A stretch of DNA of 63,961 nucleotides, the filler included, from Thelocarpon superellum (taxonomy: Eukaryota), in the NCBI GenBank assembly GCA_026025795.1. It is 3 parts of 3 records of this genome, joined end to end, with 100 filler letters (N's around TTAATTAATTAA, not from the genome) between each part and the next. Parts side by side here need not be neighbours in the genome. Positions count along the whole stretch, not along the records: positions 1 to 22,442 come from JAPEUG010000297.1; 2 more parts are not named here. The stretch is one strand, 5' to 3'. The number at the start of each line of letters is the position of its first letter. The first letter of the stretch is position 1. This document shows, one piece after another, positions 1-12,772 of this stretch. A program made the translations under genes and the position numbers. Under the pieces are notes generated by a model. The model saw only the letters and a program-made list of their open reading frames with translations. It was not told where the DNA came from and did not search any database.

Positions 1-424
1 CTCACCCTGTTCAAGCTGCTCAGCCCAAGGTCGCCGACGGATAAGCGGGCAGATCCATCCCAGATAGCTTTTGTCGAAAGAAATTGACAGTGACCTATGT
101 CAACGCCCGGACACGCGAGATTCAATGTCTCAAACCCTCAGCCACCACTCCATGTCAACACGATCAATGGGCTCAACAGGAATGCCATTCTACGAGCTCG
201 ATCTCTCTGGCCGACGGGGAGGATGGACAGCGGTAGGGAGACTTCAGCATTTCAATTCAGTCTGGAGTGGATTGTGTGCTATCGAGCTCGTTCGTTCAAC
301 GTCTAGTGAGCGTTTTGCGTGGTGAAGTCCGTGAGCAAATGGACGAGCAGAAGGCCGAGCAACAGTGTCTTCAGTGTAGGTCGTCCGTCATCCGCTGCGC
401 AAGCTTTCTCTCCTTCCCCGTCCC

Positions 425-3090
425 CTACTTGGGGAATCGCTTACCCCAGGCAAACCACTCGTACTGGTCATCAAAGTTATCGGCGCCGCCGTGGGCACCC
501 CGACCTCCAGCACCGCTGCTGGTACCGCCGAGGCGGTGATTCGATTGATGCTGACGCATGAGCGGACGGTAGCGAGGATCGCGGCCCACACGAGCGGGAG
601 GAGCTCCCCAGTCCTCGCCGAAGAAGGTCTGCAAGCTGCTGGTGGACGAGGTGTCGACGCACCATTCCGGCACGGGCGCAAAGGAGCCGAAGTTGCCGTA
701 CCCATTGCGCGGAGACTCGGCCAGGTAACCCTGTAGCGTGCCTAGGAGAGGAATGAGGAGTCGATTCGCGGTATCGGCGGCGGCCGATGGCGGGCTCGTG
801 TTGTCTGGATCGGAGGCGCGGCGTTCGCGGCGGGCCGGGTCGAGATCGCGTTCGGCGATTTGATGGAGGTAGGCACGGCGCGGATCGTGCTCGACTGGAT
901 TCGGCGGGCTCCACCACGCCTCCAAGGCTCGGTCGCGCGCCGCCCGGTCGGCGTTGACGATGAATGGGTCGGGAAGGAAGGTGGAGGCGCTCTGACGGAT
1001 AAACGCCTGCGTGGCCGCACGCAGCTCCTCGTCGGTGCGGGGTGGCGCGTCCTCGCGGAAGATCTCGACACGTCGGTCCTTCCAGCCGGGCAAGGCCTCA
1101 CTAGAACCACGCAGCGGATGCTGGGCCGCTTCGTCCGACAGCGGAGACCAATCGGGCAAGGCCGGGTCAACCTGAGGGAAGGCTTCGGTGCCGACGCCAT
1201 TGGGAAAGGGACGCAGCTCCCGTCGGGCCGTGGCCGGATCGAACATGACCGATCGCGAACCAAGCGTGGCGGCATTGTTGGCGATGGCGACATGCTTGCT
1301 TCGTGCCGAGCTGGTGGCCGCCAAGGTGTTGAGCGATTCGCGGATCTTCTCTCGACCAGACTGTCCGAGGTCGGTGACGGGCTGTGCATGCCCGTGGTGC
1401 TCCGCGCCCTCTCCCGGCTGCTGGACCGCGTCGAAGTGAAGGAATGGCAGCGGGATCGAGAGTGGTTGGTCGCGTTGAGAGACAGGACGGTATACACTCT
1501 GTTGATGCGTCTGATGGCCGTGCGAGACCAAATCCGGACGGTGCTCGTCAGCTTGGCCGAGGCTGGTGTGCGTCACCTTCTGTACTTTCCGATGATCGAC
1601 GCGCCGAGAGAAGCCATGCGACGTCCCATGAGCGGGTCCTTGAAGCGGAGCAGCGGTGGGTCCTCGGATGGGTGCTTGGCTCGGCCACGGGACGGGGCCT
1701 CGCATCGGCCCTGGGATAGGGGAGGCTAACCGCGGCCACACGCCCAGTCGTGCGAGGGCGTCTTCTTGCGCCGGGCTGATGATTGGCGCTGGCGCTGGCG
1801 CTGGCGCTGGCGCGAGCAAGGCGTCGAGATTGACATTCGAGATAGGCTGGACCTTCTTGTCGAAAGCGTTGGACGTGTTCGACGTCGTAGGGCGGTCTGT
1901 ACCGCTGATTTGATCGCCACTTCGCTCGCCGTGGCCCATGTGAGCTCCTGCTGGGACGTTGCCAGCCGTCGAAGTTGTGTCATCATCGACCACCGGCTCT
2001 TTGCCCTTCCCATCCTTCTCTGATTCTTCATTCCCTACCTCCTTGTCCTTTCCCTGATGGTCTTCGGTCGCACACGAGGCCGAGCCATTGTTGCCGGCAT
2101 CGGTAAGTGAAGTAGCCGGAGACTGATCGGAGATGTCACGAAGGCGCTGGGTTCGGAGGCCCTTGGAGCGACTGCTGGGCTTGAAGGTGGTGTAGGCGGC
2201 GAGAGACACGGGTGCACTATTGGGAAGCTCACCGGCCTCGAGTTCACGACCGGCGCCTTGACGCTGAGCCGCCGCCTCGGCCGCTCGCGCCTTGGCCGCA
2301 AAGGAGCTCGGGCCGGTGCTGATGAGCGGCACCGCGACCGCCGAAGGCACGTACGGCGTCCCGGGACGCGGAAGTAGCGATGAGGTGGGCAGCGGGTTCA
2401 GCGGCGGCTGAGCAGGAGGAGGAGGAGGCGACATGGTGGTGACGGAGACGGAGGTGGGAAAAGCGTCACTTGCACCCGCACCGTTCGTCGAGCTGCGAGG
2501 AGAAGGAGACTCTGGCGTAGATTCTTGCGGGCACGACAGGACGCCGATATGAGCGTGAGGATTGTCCGTCGTGGGCGGCTCAAAAAGCGGATCGGCAGCA
2601 GTAACACCGGCAGGATCTCGAGAGGTCGAGGGTGAGGACCGCCCACTCGAAGTGATGCCTACACCTTGACAATTCTCACTGGCTGCGAGGACAGGCAGTG
2701 AAGGAGAGAGGCGGGTGGGAGGTGACAGCGCTGCCAATGCTGCAGCCCGTCTGGCATTACCAGCTCGACCTAGAAGAACAACGGTCGGTCACTACAGCTC
2801 CCCAACTTTTGGTGTGTCGGAACCAAGTTCTTGGCGTGTCATTGTCGTTGTGGGTGTCGTTCTGTGTTTGTGCTCGGGGCCGGGGAAAGGGGAGAAGAGG
2901 AAGAGGAAGAGGGAGAGGGAAAGGGAAAGGGAAAGGGGGCACACTCACCACGTCTCTTCCGCCGATACGCCCCATGCCCATGCCCATGCCCATGGACACA
3001 GGGACCTCGATCCGCATGTGGACCGGCGCAACCATTCTTGTTCCGTCCTGCGCCGCCTGGACCTCCCCCGCCATCCGCGCTTTCAGCCAT
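425..3090 (-). CDS. Uncharacterised Pro/Ser-rich fungal protein (~828 aa), 2 exons: 3090-2949, 2769-425
   Basis: The 770-codon ORF joins in frame to an upstream ATG exon (MAESADGGG...RRKRRG/RAGNARR) through intron 2948-2770 (GTGAGT...TTCTAG). The C-terminal block (GNFGSFAPVPEWCVD...FFGEDWGAPPARVGRDPRYRP) looks ordered. Confidence 0.75.
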
Positions 3091-4366
3091 TCAGGAGGCA
3101 ACAGGAGCAGAGCGATGAGGAGATTGAGAGCGACGAGAGCGACGGATTGAACCGGCCGGACCGAGAGGCAACGAGCACAGCGGCGAGCACAGCGACGAGC
3201 AACGAGGAAGAGCAAAGAGGGGATCCGAAGAAGCGGGGTCTACGGAAGACAAAGTCCGCAGGACGGGATGGGGCGGGGGCGCTGATTGTCCACAGTTGAT
3301 GTCGCCTCTTCCCAGTCCTGCGTGTGTCTTGTCGTGTGATCTGGATGGGAGGACAGGAGGGTGGGAGGGTTAGTAGAGGGCAAGGAGCGTGAGTGAGTGG
3401 TCTCTCTCTTGCCGCGCGGACACAGCTGCGCAGACATAACATAACAGACGCCGTCATGGCGATGAAAGTCACGATAGTCTCGGCGCTGACACAGCGACGA
3501 GACCAGCATCAAGGGGGATGCCCGGGGTGAAAGGCCGAGAGAGAAGAGGGATCAAGAGGGTCGCCCAGCACGGAGAGCGGCGAAAGAGGGGATATCGAGA
3601 GGGACGCCCCGCGTAGAGGGCGGAAAGAGAACGGCCATCAAGAGGGACGCCCAGAGCGGAGGGTCGAGAAGAGGCCAAGTCTGCGTGAGAGCATGCTGGG
3701 GATCTGTCTGCGTTACCATTGTCATGTGCAGCCTCATCGTCACGATCCCTTTCACCATCGTTTTCACAAGCAGACGACCAGAAGCTCGGATGCCAAATCA
3801 CGGGGAGAGCGACAAGCACGAGCACAGGCACGAGCATGCAAGAGGTAGAGAGGCAGTGCTTGGTATTGGCTGGACTGATCTGAACGGTATGCCGGGCGCA
3901 TATGGGCCGTGGCCAGGAGCGATTGGGGACAGCGACGAATGGTTCCATTCCATCCATCCCGGCATTCACATGCACAATCACAAGAATGCCCGCATCTGCA
4001 ACCGCCATCGCCTGCACCTGCACCACATCCAAATCATTCCGTCTTCTTCATGATATGTATCTCATCCCGGTAGGTCGTACATCGCAAGGCTGTCATCGCT
4101 TCTAAAGACACAAAATGGGGTGGAAGGAGGGTGGAGGAAGTGAGGAGGGAGCGAGCGAGCGTGAGAGAGGATGAAGATGTCCATGAAGAGGAACGGGGCG
4201 CAGCCAAAGAACACGAAATGGACGACGGACGACCAATGATAAACAACGACAAAGACTCCCGAGCGCCGCCTCATTGTCGCATGATCGGAGGTCGACTCCA
4301 GTCCACGTCTCTTGTCATCGTGGGGCCCGCAGGCGGAGCATGGAAGTGAAGAAGGCGGAAGAACAA

Positions 4367-7300
4367 CTATATCACATTGTGGCGTCCATCCTCGGAGCGA
4401 GGTTGGGACTGAGGCGAGAGCGTGGCCTCGGAAGAGCCGGTGTGGTCATGACTCTCCGAGGACGGGGCGCGATCGTGTCCCGTGGGATCCCGCGCGAGGG
4501 GCGTGCTGGCGCCAGCATCGCGCTGGTGGCCGGTCGACGAGGCATCGTGGATGCGACCGGCGGTGGTGCGTAGGGGCGCGGCCGAGGACTTCTCTCCTTC
4601 CTCGAGCTCCAGCTTCTCGCGCCAGCTTCGGGTCCAGCCGCTCAACTCGCCGTCCGTGTTGGCGCTCGTCGGCGTCTTCTCAAAGTCAAACGTGTTGCTC
4701 AGGCGGTAGTTCTTGTTCGTCGTCTCCCAGTGCGACCGCAGCGCATCCAGCTCCGACGCCAGGCTATCCAGCGCGACCGAGTTCCGGTTCGAGGCCGGGT
4801 AGGTGGAGTCGGTGTTGATGCTGCTCTGCTGCCCGTGCTGCGGGTGCTGCGGCGACGTCACGCCGTTGGGCTCGCCGCCGAGCTGTCGCGACTGTCGGCG
4901 GTAGCTATCGACCGACGACTCGACCTGATCGAGCAGGAGCGACACCTTCTGCTCCGCGTCGAGGGCCCGGGCTTCCAGCTGCGCGTTCTCGTTCTTGAGC
5001 TGCTCCAGATCCAGGCGCGACTGCTGCGTGGCGCGCGCCAGCTCTTGCTGCACCTGGTCATTGTTGCTCTGGTACAGATCGCGCTGTTCCCGCGCGACGC
5101 CGAGGTCGGAGCGCACGTCACCCAGCTCCTTCTCCAGCTGCGCGACCGAGTGCTTGACGCGATCCTGGAGGGTGTGGATCTCGTCCTGCAGCGAGCGCCG
5201 TTCCTGCTCCCACTCGGGCGCCGCCGCGGCCTCGGCCGACCGGGCCCCGGCCGTCTTCTGTGCCTCCTCGAGCGCGGTCTGCAGGCTCGAGTTCTGCGAC
5301 TTGTATCGCGCCAGCTCCTCCTTCATGCGCTTGAGCATCTTCTCCGTGCCCTTGACGTAGTGCACGGCGGACTGGTAATCGCCCTCGAGCTGCTCGAGCT
5401 TCTCGCGATACACCCGGCCGGCCTCCTGCTCGCGCAGCTCAAAGGAGCTCTCGGCCTCGCGCTGGGCCTTGAGGCTGACGTCGAGGCGCTGCTCGAGCTC
5501 GCGCACGCGCGCCTGATCGGGCGTGCCCAAGCCCGAGGCCGGACTGCCGGCGCCGCGGTTGCGGAGGTCGGCGACGTTGATGCCTCGCTCGCCCAGCAGA
5601 TCCTTGAGCACGCCGTGCTGCACCGTGATGGCGTTGGCCTCGCGCTGGTGGTTGGCGAGCTGACGCTTGGCCTCGGTGTGCTCGGCGCGGAGCGCGTGGT
5701 TGTCCTTCATGGCGATCTGGAGTTGCTTTCGCATGCTCAGGCCCTCGCGGCTGGCCTGCTCCTGGTAGGCCTCGAGTCCCGCGATGCGCTCCTCGGCGCT
5801 GCGGAGCTTCTCCGCCGCCGCGTTGGCCGCCTGCTGGCTCTTCTTGACCATGCTGTTGGCCGTGTCGACCTGGGCCTGGAGCACCGCGAGTCGCTCCTCG
5901 GACACGCCCCGCCGCTCGCTCGCCACCTCGCCCTCGCCCAGATTGCCCAGGCCGGCGAGGATGGCTTCTCGGTGCGTGCGGGCCTCGGCCGCGTGGGCTT
6001 CGCCGAGATCTTCCGCGTCCTTTAGCCGCCGGGTCGTCGTGTCCAGCTCGGCCGTGCGTTCTTCGTGTTCGGCGCGCAGCTGTCGCAGCTTGCGCTCCAG
6101 CATCTCGCGCTGGCCGCGCTCGTCGTCCAGCTTGCGCTCCAGCATGCTGGCTTTGTCCGTCGACGCGGCGATGGCCTCGCGCAACGAGCCGAGCGTGCCG
6201 GAGTGGTCGTTGGTCCGCGCCAGCACCGCGTCAAGCCGTTGCTGCAGCTCGTCGCGGTCGACGCGCAGCAGCTTGGCCGCCGACACGGCCTCGGCGCTGC
6301 GAGCCGACTCGTCGCGAGCCTGGCGCTCGGCCTGGTGGAGCTCGGCGCGGAGGCTCTCGACCTCGGAGGCGTAGCGCTGGTTGTGCGGATCCACCTCGGA
6401 GAGCCGGGCCTGCGCGGCGTTGGCCGTGTCTTCGGCGAGCTGGCGGGCCTGTTTCTCGGCCTGCACTTCAATCTGTCGGGCGTCCAGCCGGGCCTGCAGC
6501 TCCGACTGCGCGCCCAGAGCCGCGGCCAAGCGTCGGTTGAGCTCGGCGGAGCGGTCCATGTCCATGCTGTTGACGCCGCGCGACGAGCTGTCGGGTTGCG
6601 GCGTGCCGGCCTGGCTACCACCATGCGCAGCGAGCTTCGCCTTGGCGTAGACAGCCTCGCTGACGGCGACATCGCGCTGCCGCTCGACCTCGGCGATCTG
6701 TTTGGCGGCCAAGGTGGCTTGAGAGTCGATCGAGCCCTGCACCCGCGCTAGCTCCGCCTTCAGCGCCACCAAGGCCTCGAGCAGGGGCCGCTCTTGCTCG
6801 CCGACGCTGTCGGCCGCGCGCTCCTCCAGGCTCGGCCCGTGGGCGGAGGCGGTGGACGAGAAGCCGGCCTTGCGTGCCAGGGCCAGTTCCGAAGCGAACC
6901 ACGCGTTCTTGCTCTTGGCCGCCTCCAGCTCCCGCACCACCTCCGTGGGGGCTGGTCCGTGCGATGCGGGGGGGCTGACCACGGACTCCTTGCGTTCTTC
7001 GGCCACACTGGAGCTGGCGGTGCGGTCCAGCGGGGCCGTCGCGCCGTTAGGGCCCCTGGGCGGCGCGGCCGGCTCATCGGTGCTATCGACGGAGCTCTGC
7101 TGCCGCGCTTGTCGGGAGCGCGATCGATCACGGCTCGGATGTATGGGAGCCTCCCCGGCGTCGCGCGGGCGCATGACGCTCTTGGTCTGCGTCTGCGTCT
7201 GCGTCGGCGTCGGCGTCGGCGTCTGCGTCTGCGTCTGCGTTGGCGTGCGGCGACCGTTGGTCACGGGCGCTTCGCGCGGCAGCGAGGTATCGCGGTGGGC

Positions 7301-9309
7301 GGAGCCGACGTGTTCGCGGTCGAGTGAGGGGGCACGGCCGGACTCGGGGGGCAGGCCGGACGAGGTGTAGGGACGCTCGTTGCGCGTCGGGGTGCGATTG
7401 CGGGGCCCCGGCGGGGTGGGCAAGACGCCATTGGGACGCGGCGTGGGTGCTTGCTGCTGCGGCGGCGGGCCCGGAGGGCCTTGTGCCATGGACACGCGCG
7501 GCAGGCGCGAGCTGGGGCCGGCGCCTGGTCCGGGTCCCGGACCCGACGAGGCGTTGAAGGCACTCGATTCCCGATCGCCGCGCGAGAAGGGCGGGGGACC
7601 GCCGGGAGTGCCGTCGAGCGGAGGTCCGATCAGGCGCTTGGAGTCACGGCTGTCCATGGCCGGGCCGAGGCCGTCGCGACTCGGCCGGCTTTGCGGAATG
7701 CCCGTCTTCTCGCCGGCGCTCGGCCGACGGATGCCGGGGCCACGCTCGCCGTTGCCTGGAGCCGAGGAGCCTGCGCCCTCGGTGGGGGGGTAGCGAATCT
7801 TGCCCGTGTCCAGCACGTAGACCAAGCTCAGCTCGGCGGCGTCGCGCGGCGCCGAGCTCGGCTCGCCGCCCAGGACGACAATCTGCTTGCCGTAGGAGGT
7901 CATGCTGTGGCCCGAGCGCGGCGACGGCGACGGGCCCATGTTCTGGAAGGTGTACCAACGGCGCGAGGAGATGCGGAACGCGGCGAGGTCGCCGAGGTCA
8001 TTGGCTTCCTCGGTCCGTCCACCGAAGATGTACATGACGTCGCCCACCAACGTCGCGGCATGGCCCTCGCGCGGGGCTGGGATGTAGCCGATACAGTCGA
8101 GCTGGGTCCAGGCGTTGGTGGCGGGGTCGTAGGTCCAGACATCGTTGAACCATTGCAAGCCATTCGTGCCACCGAATCTGTTCCCGCCGTTAGCCGGGTG
8201 CCTGCGCGAGTGGGTCGATGACGGGAGAGGACTGACAGATACAGCTGGTCTTCCCATGTGACGATGGTATGGTTGGTGCGCGCCGGGGGGATCTGTCCCG
8301 GTGGTGGACCACCATCGTTACTGTTGAGCACCAACATCTCCCACTTGTTGCTCGCTTTTTGCAGCGCATTCAGGTCGAAGGCGACGAGGTCATTGAAGAA
8401 GTAGCCCTCCACCTGGCCGCCGAAGATGTAGATCTTGGAGCCGATGATGTTGAGGGTGTGGCCGTAGCGGCCCGAGGGTCGGGGCCCGGCCGGGATGGCT
8501 CTTGACCAGTGGCGCGTTGCTATCGCGCGTTAGCCTGACCGGACCAGGTCAGCGGGGGGCGGAGGGGTGGGGGCGCCATACAGGTATTGAGGAGATAGAG
8601 GGTGTCATCGAGCATGTCGCGGTCGTCCATCTTGGTATCGCCGCCGTAGACGATGAAGGCGTTGCCGACGATCAAACTCGCGTGGCCGACGCGGGGCCCG
8701 GGGCCTTCGGAGGTGGTGGCGAGCGGGTAGCAGGAGAAGCTGCCGCCGCCGGCCTCGACCAACCACAGGTCACCTTTGACGGTGGAGCCATTGATCAAGC
8801 CGCCCATGAGATAGATGTCGCCCTCCTTGTTCGCGACGGAGTTGACGGCGGCGCCGTAGCGGGGAAAGGGATTGGGATGGGAGGTGGTGAAGGTGAAGCG
8901 TCGCTGCGCCCAGGGGTAGAGGGAGGCGTTGGGATGGTTCACCATGGGCGGGGCGGCGGGCGCATTGCGCGGGGCCTGCACGCGGTCATGTCAGTCCTGT
9001 GTCGGGCACGTCGCACCACACCCACGCTTCCGCCGACGGGCCTACCTGGTACTGTAGGTCTTGCTTCTCCTGCATCGTCTTGTTCTCCGGGCTCGGCGTG
9101 CCGTTGCCGCCGAGCGAGTTCAGGGAGTTGTTGACGCTGCTGTTGGGGGTGGGCGATCGGTTGGGCTTCTCGCGATCTCGCACGGGGGCGGGGGAGCCAT
9201 TGGCGGTGGGGATGGACGAGGTGGAGCCCGAGAGCCCGGTTATGGCGCCATCTTTCTGCGACAAGACGGCGCTCTGATTCTTCTTGGACTTGCCGAAGAG
9301 GAAAGCCAT
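4367..9309 (-). CDS. tea1: Kelch-repeat/coiled-coil cell polarity protein (Tea1/Kel1/TeaA family), 4 exons: 9309-9046, 8975-8582, 8519-8237, 8177-4367
   Basis: N-terminal kelch repeats (PRYGAA..YLMGG, PRVGHA..IVYGG, ARTNHT..LFGG, PREGHA..IFGG, PRSGHS..VLGG) are followed by a long coiled coil. Three frame-preserving GT-AG introns have CTRAC branch sites. Confidence 0.93.
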
Positions 9310-9977
9310 GGACGCGGGCACGGACGCGGATGGCGCCGCGACGAGGCAGTCACGCCGTCTACGCGGTCAGGCCGTCGGACGAGGCCGTGGTGGTGGCGGC
9401 AGAGGTGGAGAAGGAGGCGGAGGAGGCACAGCGGACGAGAGGAGCAGGGCAAGGATGCGCGGGCGGCGGTGGCAGCATCCACCCGGGTGGTCGTGGAGCG
9501 GCGGGCGGAAGCCAATCGCACTGGTCGCGAGTCGCGGATGCCGCTCGAGGCGCAACGGGGGAGCGATGGTCGGCGCGATGGAGCCCCAGACAGCGCAGCG
9601 TCAGATCGCAGCAGGTATGGTGGTGGTCGTCATGGGCGTGGAACAGCGTCACGAATCAGCCGCGCACGGCGGAGGAGCAGGACATGGAGCGACGTGAGAC
9701 CGGAATTTTGTTGGCGAGCGGGCGTGGGCGGCGACACGACGACGGGAGAGGAATGGTGGATGGAAGACCGGTGGACTGCTGGACCGTGGGCGCTGGAGGA
9801 GGGACGGCGGCCGGCGGTCGGCGTCTGGGCGGGCGGACGGCCTGACGGGCGGAGGCGACGAGAGGCGATGGACGGATTGGGGATCCAAAAATTGGGGGGC
9901 AGGAGTCGTGAGGAAGAGGATAGGATAACGTTCGGCGGCCCCTAAGTTGTTCGGCAAGTCTTCCTCGTCGCTCGTCG

Positions 9978-10021
9978 GGGCGTGGTGGGCGTGGTGGGCG
10001 TGGTGGGCGTGGTGGGCGTGG
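9978..10021. repeat. 9-bp tandem repeat (GGGCGTGGT)~5
   Basis: Directly visible in the tea1-raptor spacer. Confidence 0.9.
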
Positions 10022-10336
10022 CAGGCACGATTCTCCGTGCTCGCACCAATCGTGGTCGGCGTCGCGGCCGGCCTTCGCTTGGCTATCGTACCTGGACCGT
10101 ACGCTGTCGGGAGCGAGCGCGCGAGTATGCGAGCCGGCGAGTGCGAGCGAGACCGTGGGGATACCTGCCGTCCCTGCCACCGACCGGCCCCAGACAAGTA
10201 CCCCTCGCCGTACTACTACGACGGTAGCGGACCTCGTACGGTCGTCGAAGCTCCACTCGTCCCCGTGCCACTCGTCGGGTCGTGGCTGGACGCCCCACCG
10301 CCGCTGCATAAGTCCTTGCACTGGCAGAAGCGATCA

Positions 10337-10411
10337 TGCACAGGGACAGGCACAGGGACAGGCACAGGCACTGGCACAGGCACTGGCACAGGCACTGGCA
10401 CAGGCACGGGC
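10337..10411. repeat. Hexanucleotide repeat GG(C/G)AC(A/T), ~12 copies
   Basis: Directly visible; it produces the spurious GTGTGT/PVPVPV ORFs. Confidence 0.9.
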
Positions 10412-12340
10412 AACGGCGCCCCTCCTACCATAGCAATTCTGCAAAGTCATCCGCATGCACATCTGCTGCAACTGTCACCCGATCGTCGTAGGTCTGGCAG
10501 ACACCCGTTGCGAAACACGCCAGCAGCGTGGTCAGAACATCCAACGACGATGGACAGATAGGCGCACATTTGGACAGGGGACGTCCAAGAAACTTGACCG
10601 CCATCCCTCGGCGTTGACGTCGGGCGAGTACCGACACGGTAGTGATCGGTGGCTGCTGCCCCGTCGATTCCGGTTTTAGCACGGCTCCGGTTAGGCGGGG
10701 GGTGGGTGAGCAGGCCCCTCCAACCACCACGATCCTCCATCTTCTTGTCGATCTTTATGGTGGTCTTGCTTACCGTCGGAGCTCGATTGCGGTCCAGGAT
10801 TTTTCACCTCCAAGGCCCAGAGACATTGGCGGTAGCCAGTGATACTGATTCCGACACGCACTCGTCCCAACCAGGGACCTAATTCTCACGCATGAAGTAC
10901 AATTACAACAAGTATGGTACGAGGCTGCACTTCGAACTGGCCCTAGCTGCAGGGGCCGGGGGGACGGCGTTGGTCGGCGGGAGCCAGGCGCGACGACTCC
11001 CTCTTCTCACGAGGTCCAGTGAGAATGGCTCTGGGGACAGGTACTCCTCCTTCATCGTATCACGGCTCGGGGAGAGACTGGTCTCGCCCAGCTACCTGGC
11101 CGAAGTGTCCACTGGCATTGAACCGTACAAATGGTTGCTTGCCAAGCCAGGTGTCCCCATATTTCATACCGTAGGATGATTGTGCCATCCCAGCCATGGC
11201 GTCGCATTCGCGCTCGCGCTCGCTCTCGCACTGGCTCGTGTTCCGCGCCTCGCACCCTGCTCACCCTGTCGCTGAACGGGCCTCAGCACGGACGCCCCCA
11301 TCCTCACGTCAGGACTTGGGACGAAAGGTTCCTCGTCGTAACTAACATGGGCGAGAGTATTTCGGGCAACGCCCACCCAGTGGCGGTTTCAGGTCAACCG
11401 ACCCCCTCGTCCAATAGGGGGGGCTGCTGCGTCTCTCCCGCGCGGCGTCTTCTAGGGCCGGTCTAGGTAGGGTGGGCGTCAGGATCCCTGCACGTCGCTT
11501 CTGTCCCTACGCCTCGATCCTCGCTCGTGTGCAGTACTACGGTGTTATGGTACGAGTACTCGTTCTACGACTTCGTTACGAAGTATTACGAGTCCCAGGA
11601 GCCGGTGGTCCAGTCCCACGCCCGCCCGGATCGGTTGATATCCCGACCCCCCCGCGTGCCACCCTTCCATTAAGCCAGGCCTGCTGCACTGTTTGTCACC
11701 TTGAACCGTGAACCTGGTGGGTTGCGGAGGGATGGGTGCAGAGTTCAGAGCCCGAAATCCTGGGCTGAGAGAATATGACGGGCACGATGTATGGCAGACG
11801 GTCAGCCGGCTGGTGTTGACTATGCTCACCATACGCTACGAGGCCGATTTACCTTACCTAGAGTGACCAGCTCTTGGTTGAGAATGTGGGTGACGAGTGG
11901 AGAGGGACCGGGCCGGGTCGAGCGAGGATTGGTCGCGAGAGCAGCACAACATTAAATCAGCCTCATTTTCTGAGTGGTGGGCTCCCTGGCTCTAGAGATG
12001 GCACAGCCAAGACGATCTTGTCATGCGCCGGTCTCATCGCGTCGGAGAAAATCGAAGATCAGATCTGGGGAATCGATGCATCTTTTGAGGAAGCGTGTGA
12101 TAGAGAGTGTTGAAAGATAGTAAATGCAAGTCAGGTCAGCGGTGACAGCTGTTGGTCGGACGGTGAGTGGAAGCCTGAATACTCGTGCTCGTACCCGCAC
12201 GTCGTAGTGGCTGATGGACGCAGGACGGACGAGGGATGGCGAAGTGAAGGTCTCTTGTGGTCGGATGTCTTTGTCGAGCTGCCTGAGATGGGCACGACGA
12301 GACCTGCTTGACCCGATCTGACCCTACTCTGCACCACAAC

Positions 12341-12471
12341 ACTCATCCACTCTTCCACTCATCCGCTCATCCACTCATCCACTCATCCACTCATCCGCTC
12401 ATCCACTCATCCGCTCATCCACTCATCCGCTCATCCACTCATCCACTCATCCATTCATCCACTACTCATCC
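12341..12471. repeat. Tandem repeat of CC(A/G)CTCAT 8-mers (~16 copies)
   Basis: Directly visible about 300 nt upstream of the raptor ATG. Confidence 0.9.
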
Positions 12472-12772
12472 AGCACCACCTGGACCAATCTCACTCATTA
12501 CCCTGCGAGCCTGCTCTTCTACCTGCGGTTTCCATCGGTAGACCAAGAAGGCCTCTGGCGCACGTCATCGTCCGTGCGGCGGCCATCGATCGCTTCATCC
12601 TCGGCTTCAAGCTCACCACACTGTGCCTCACCGTGCATCGCCGCATCTGCACATCGGCCACTAGCACCGCGAGCGTGTGGTCCATTGGCGTTCCTTTTCA
12701 ACTTGACAGTGCGCGCTCCGAGATGCACTGCTGAAGCACCACGACAGGCCACGGCCACGGCGAGTGGTCATC

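Noticed and set aside
1..87. Open frame at the window start (LTLFKLL...VERN*)
   Set aside because: Too short to assign as the 3' end of a gene.
9947..10561. 204-aa ORF with WWA and GT repeats
   Set aside because: TTG start; the content is generated by microsatellites.
12341..12471. Repeat arrays as possible CRISPR
   Set aside because: They are simple tandem repeats without unique spacers, the context is eukaryotic, and there are no cas genes.
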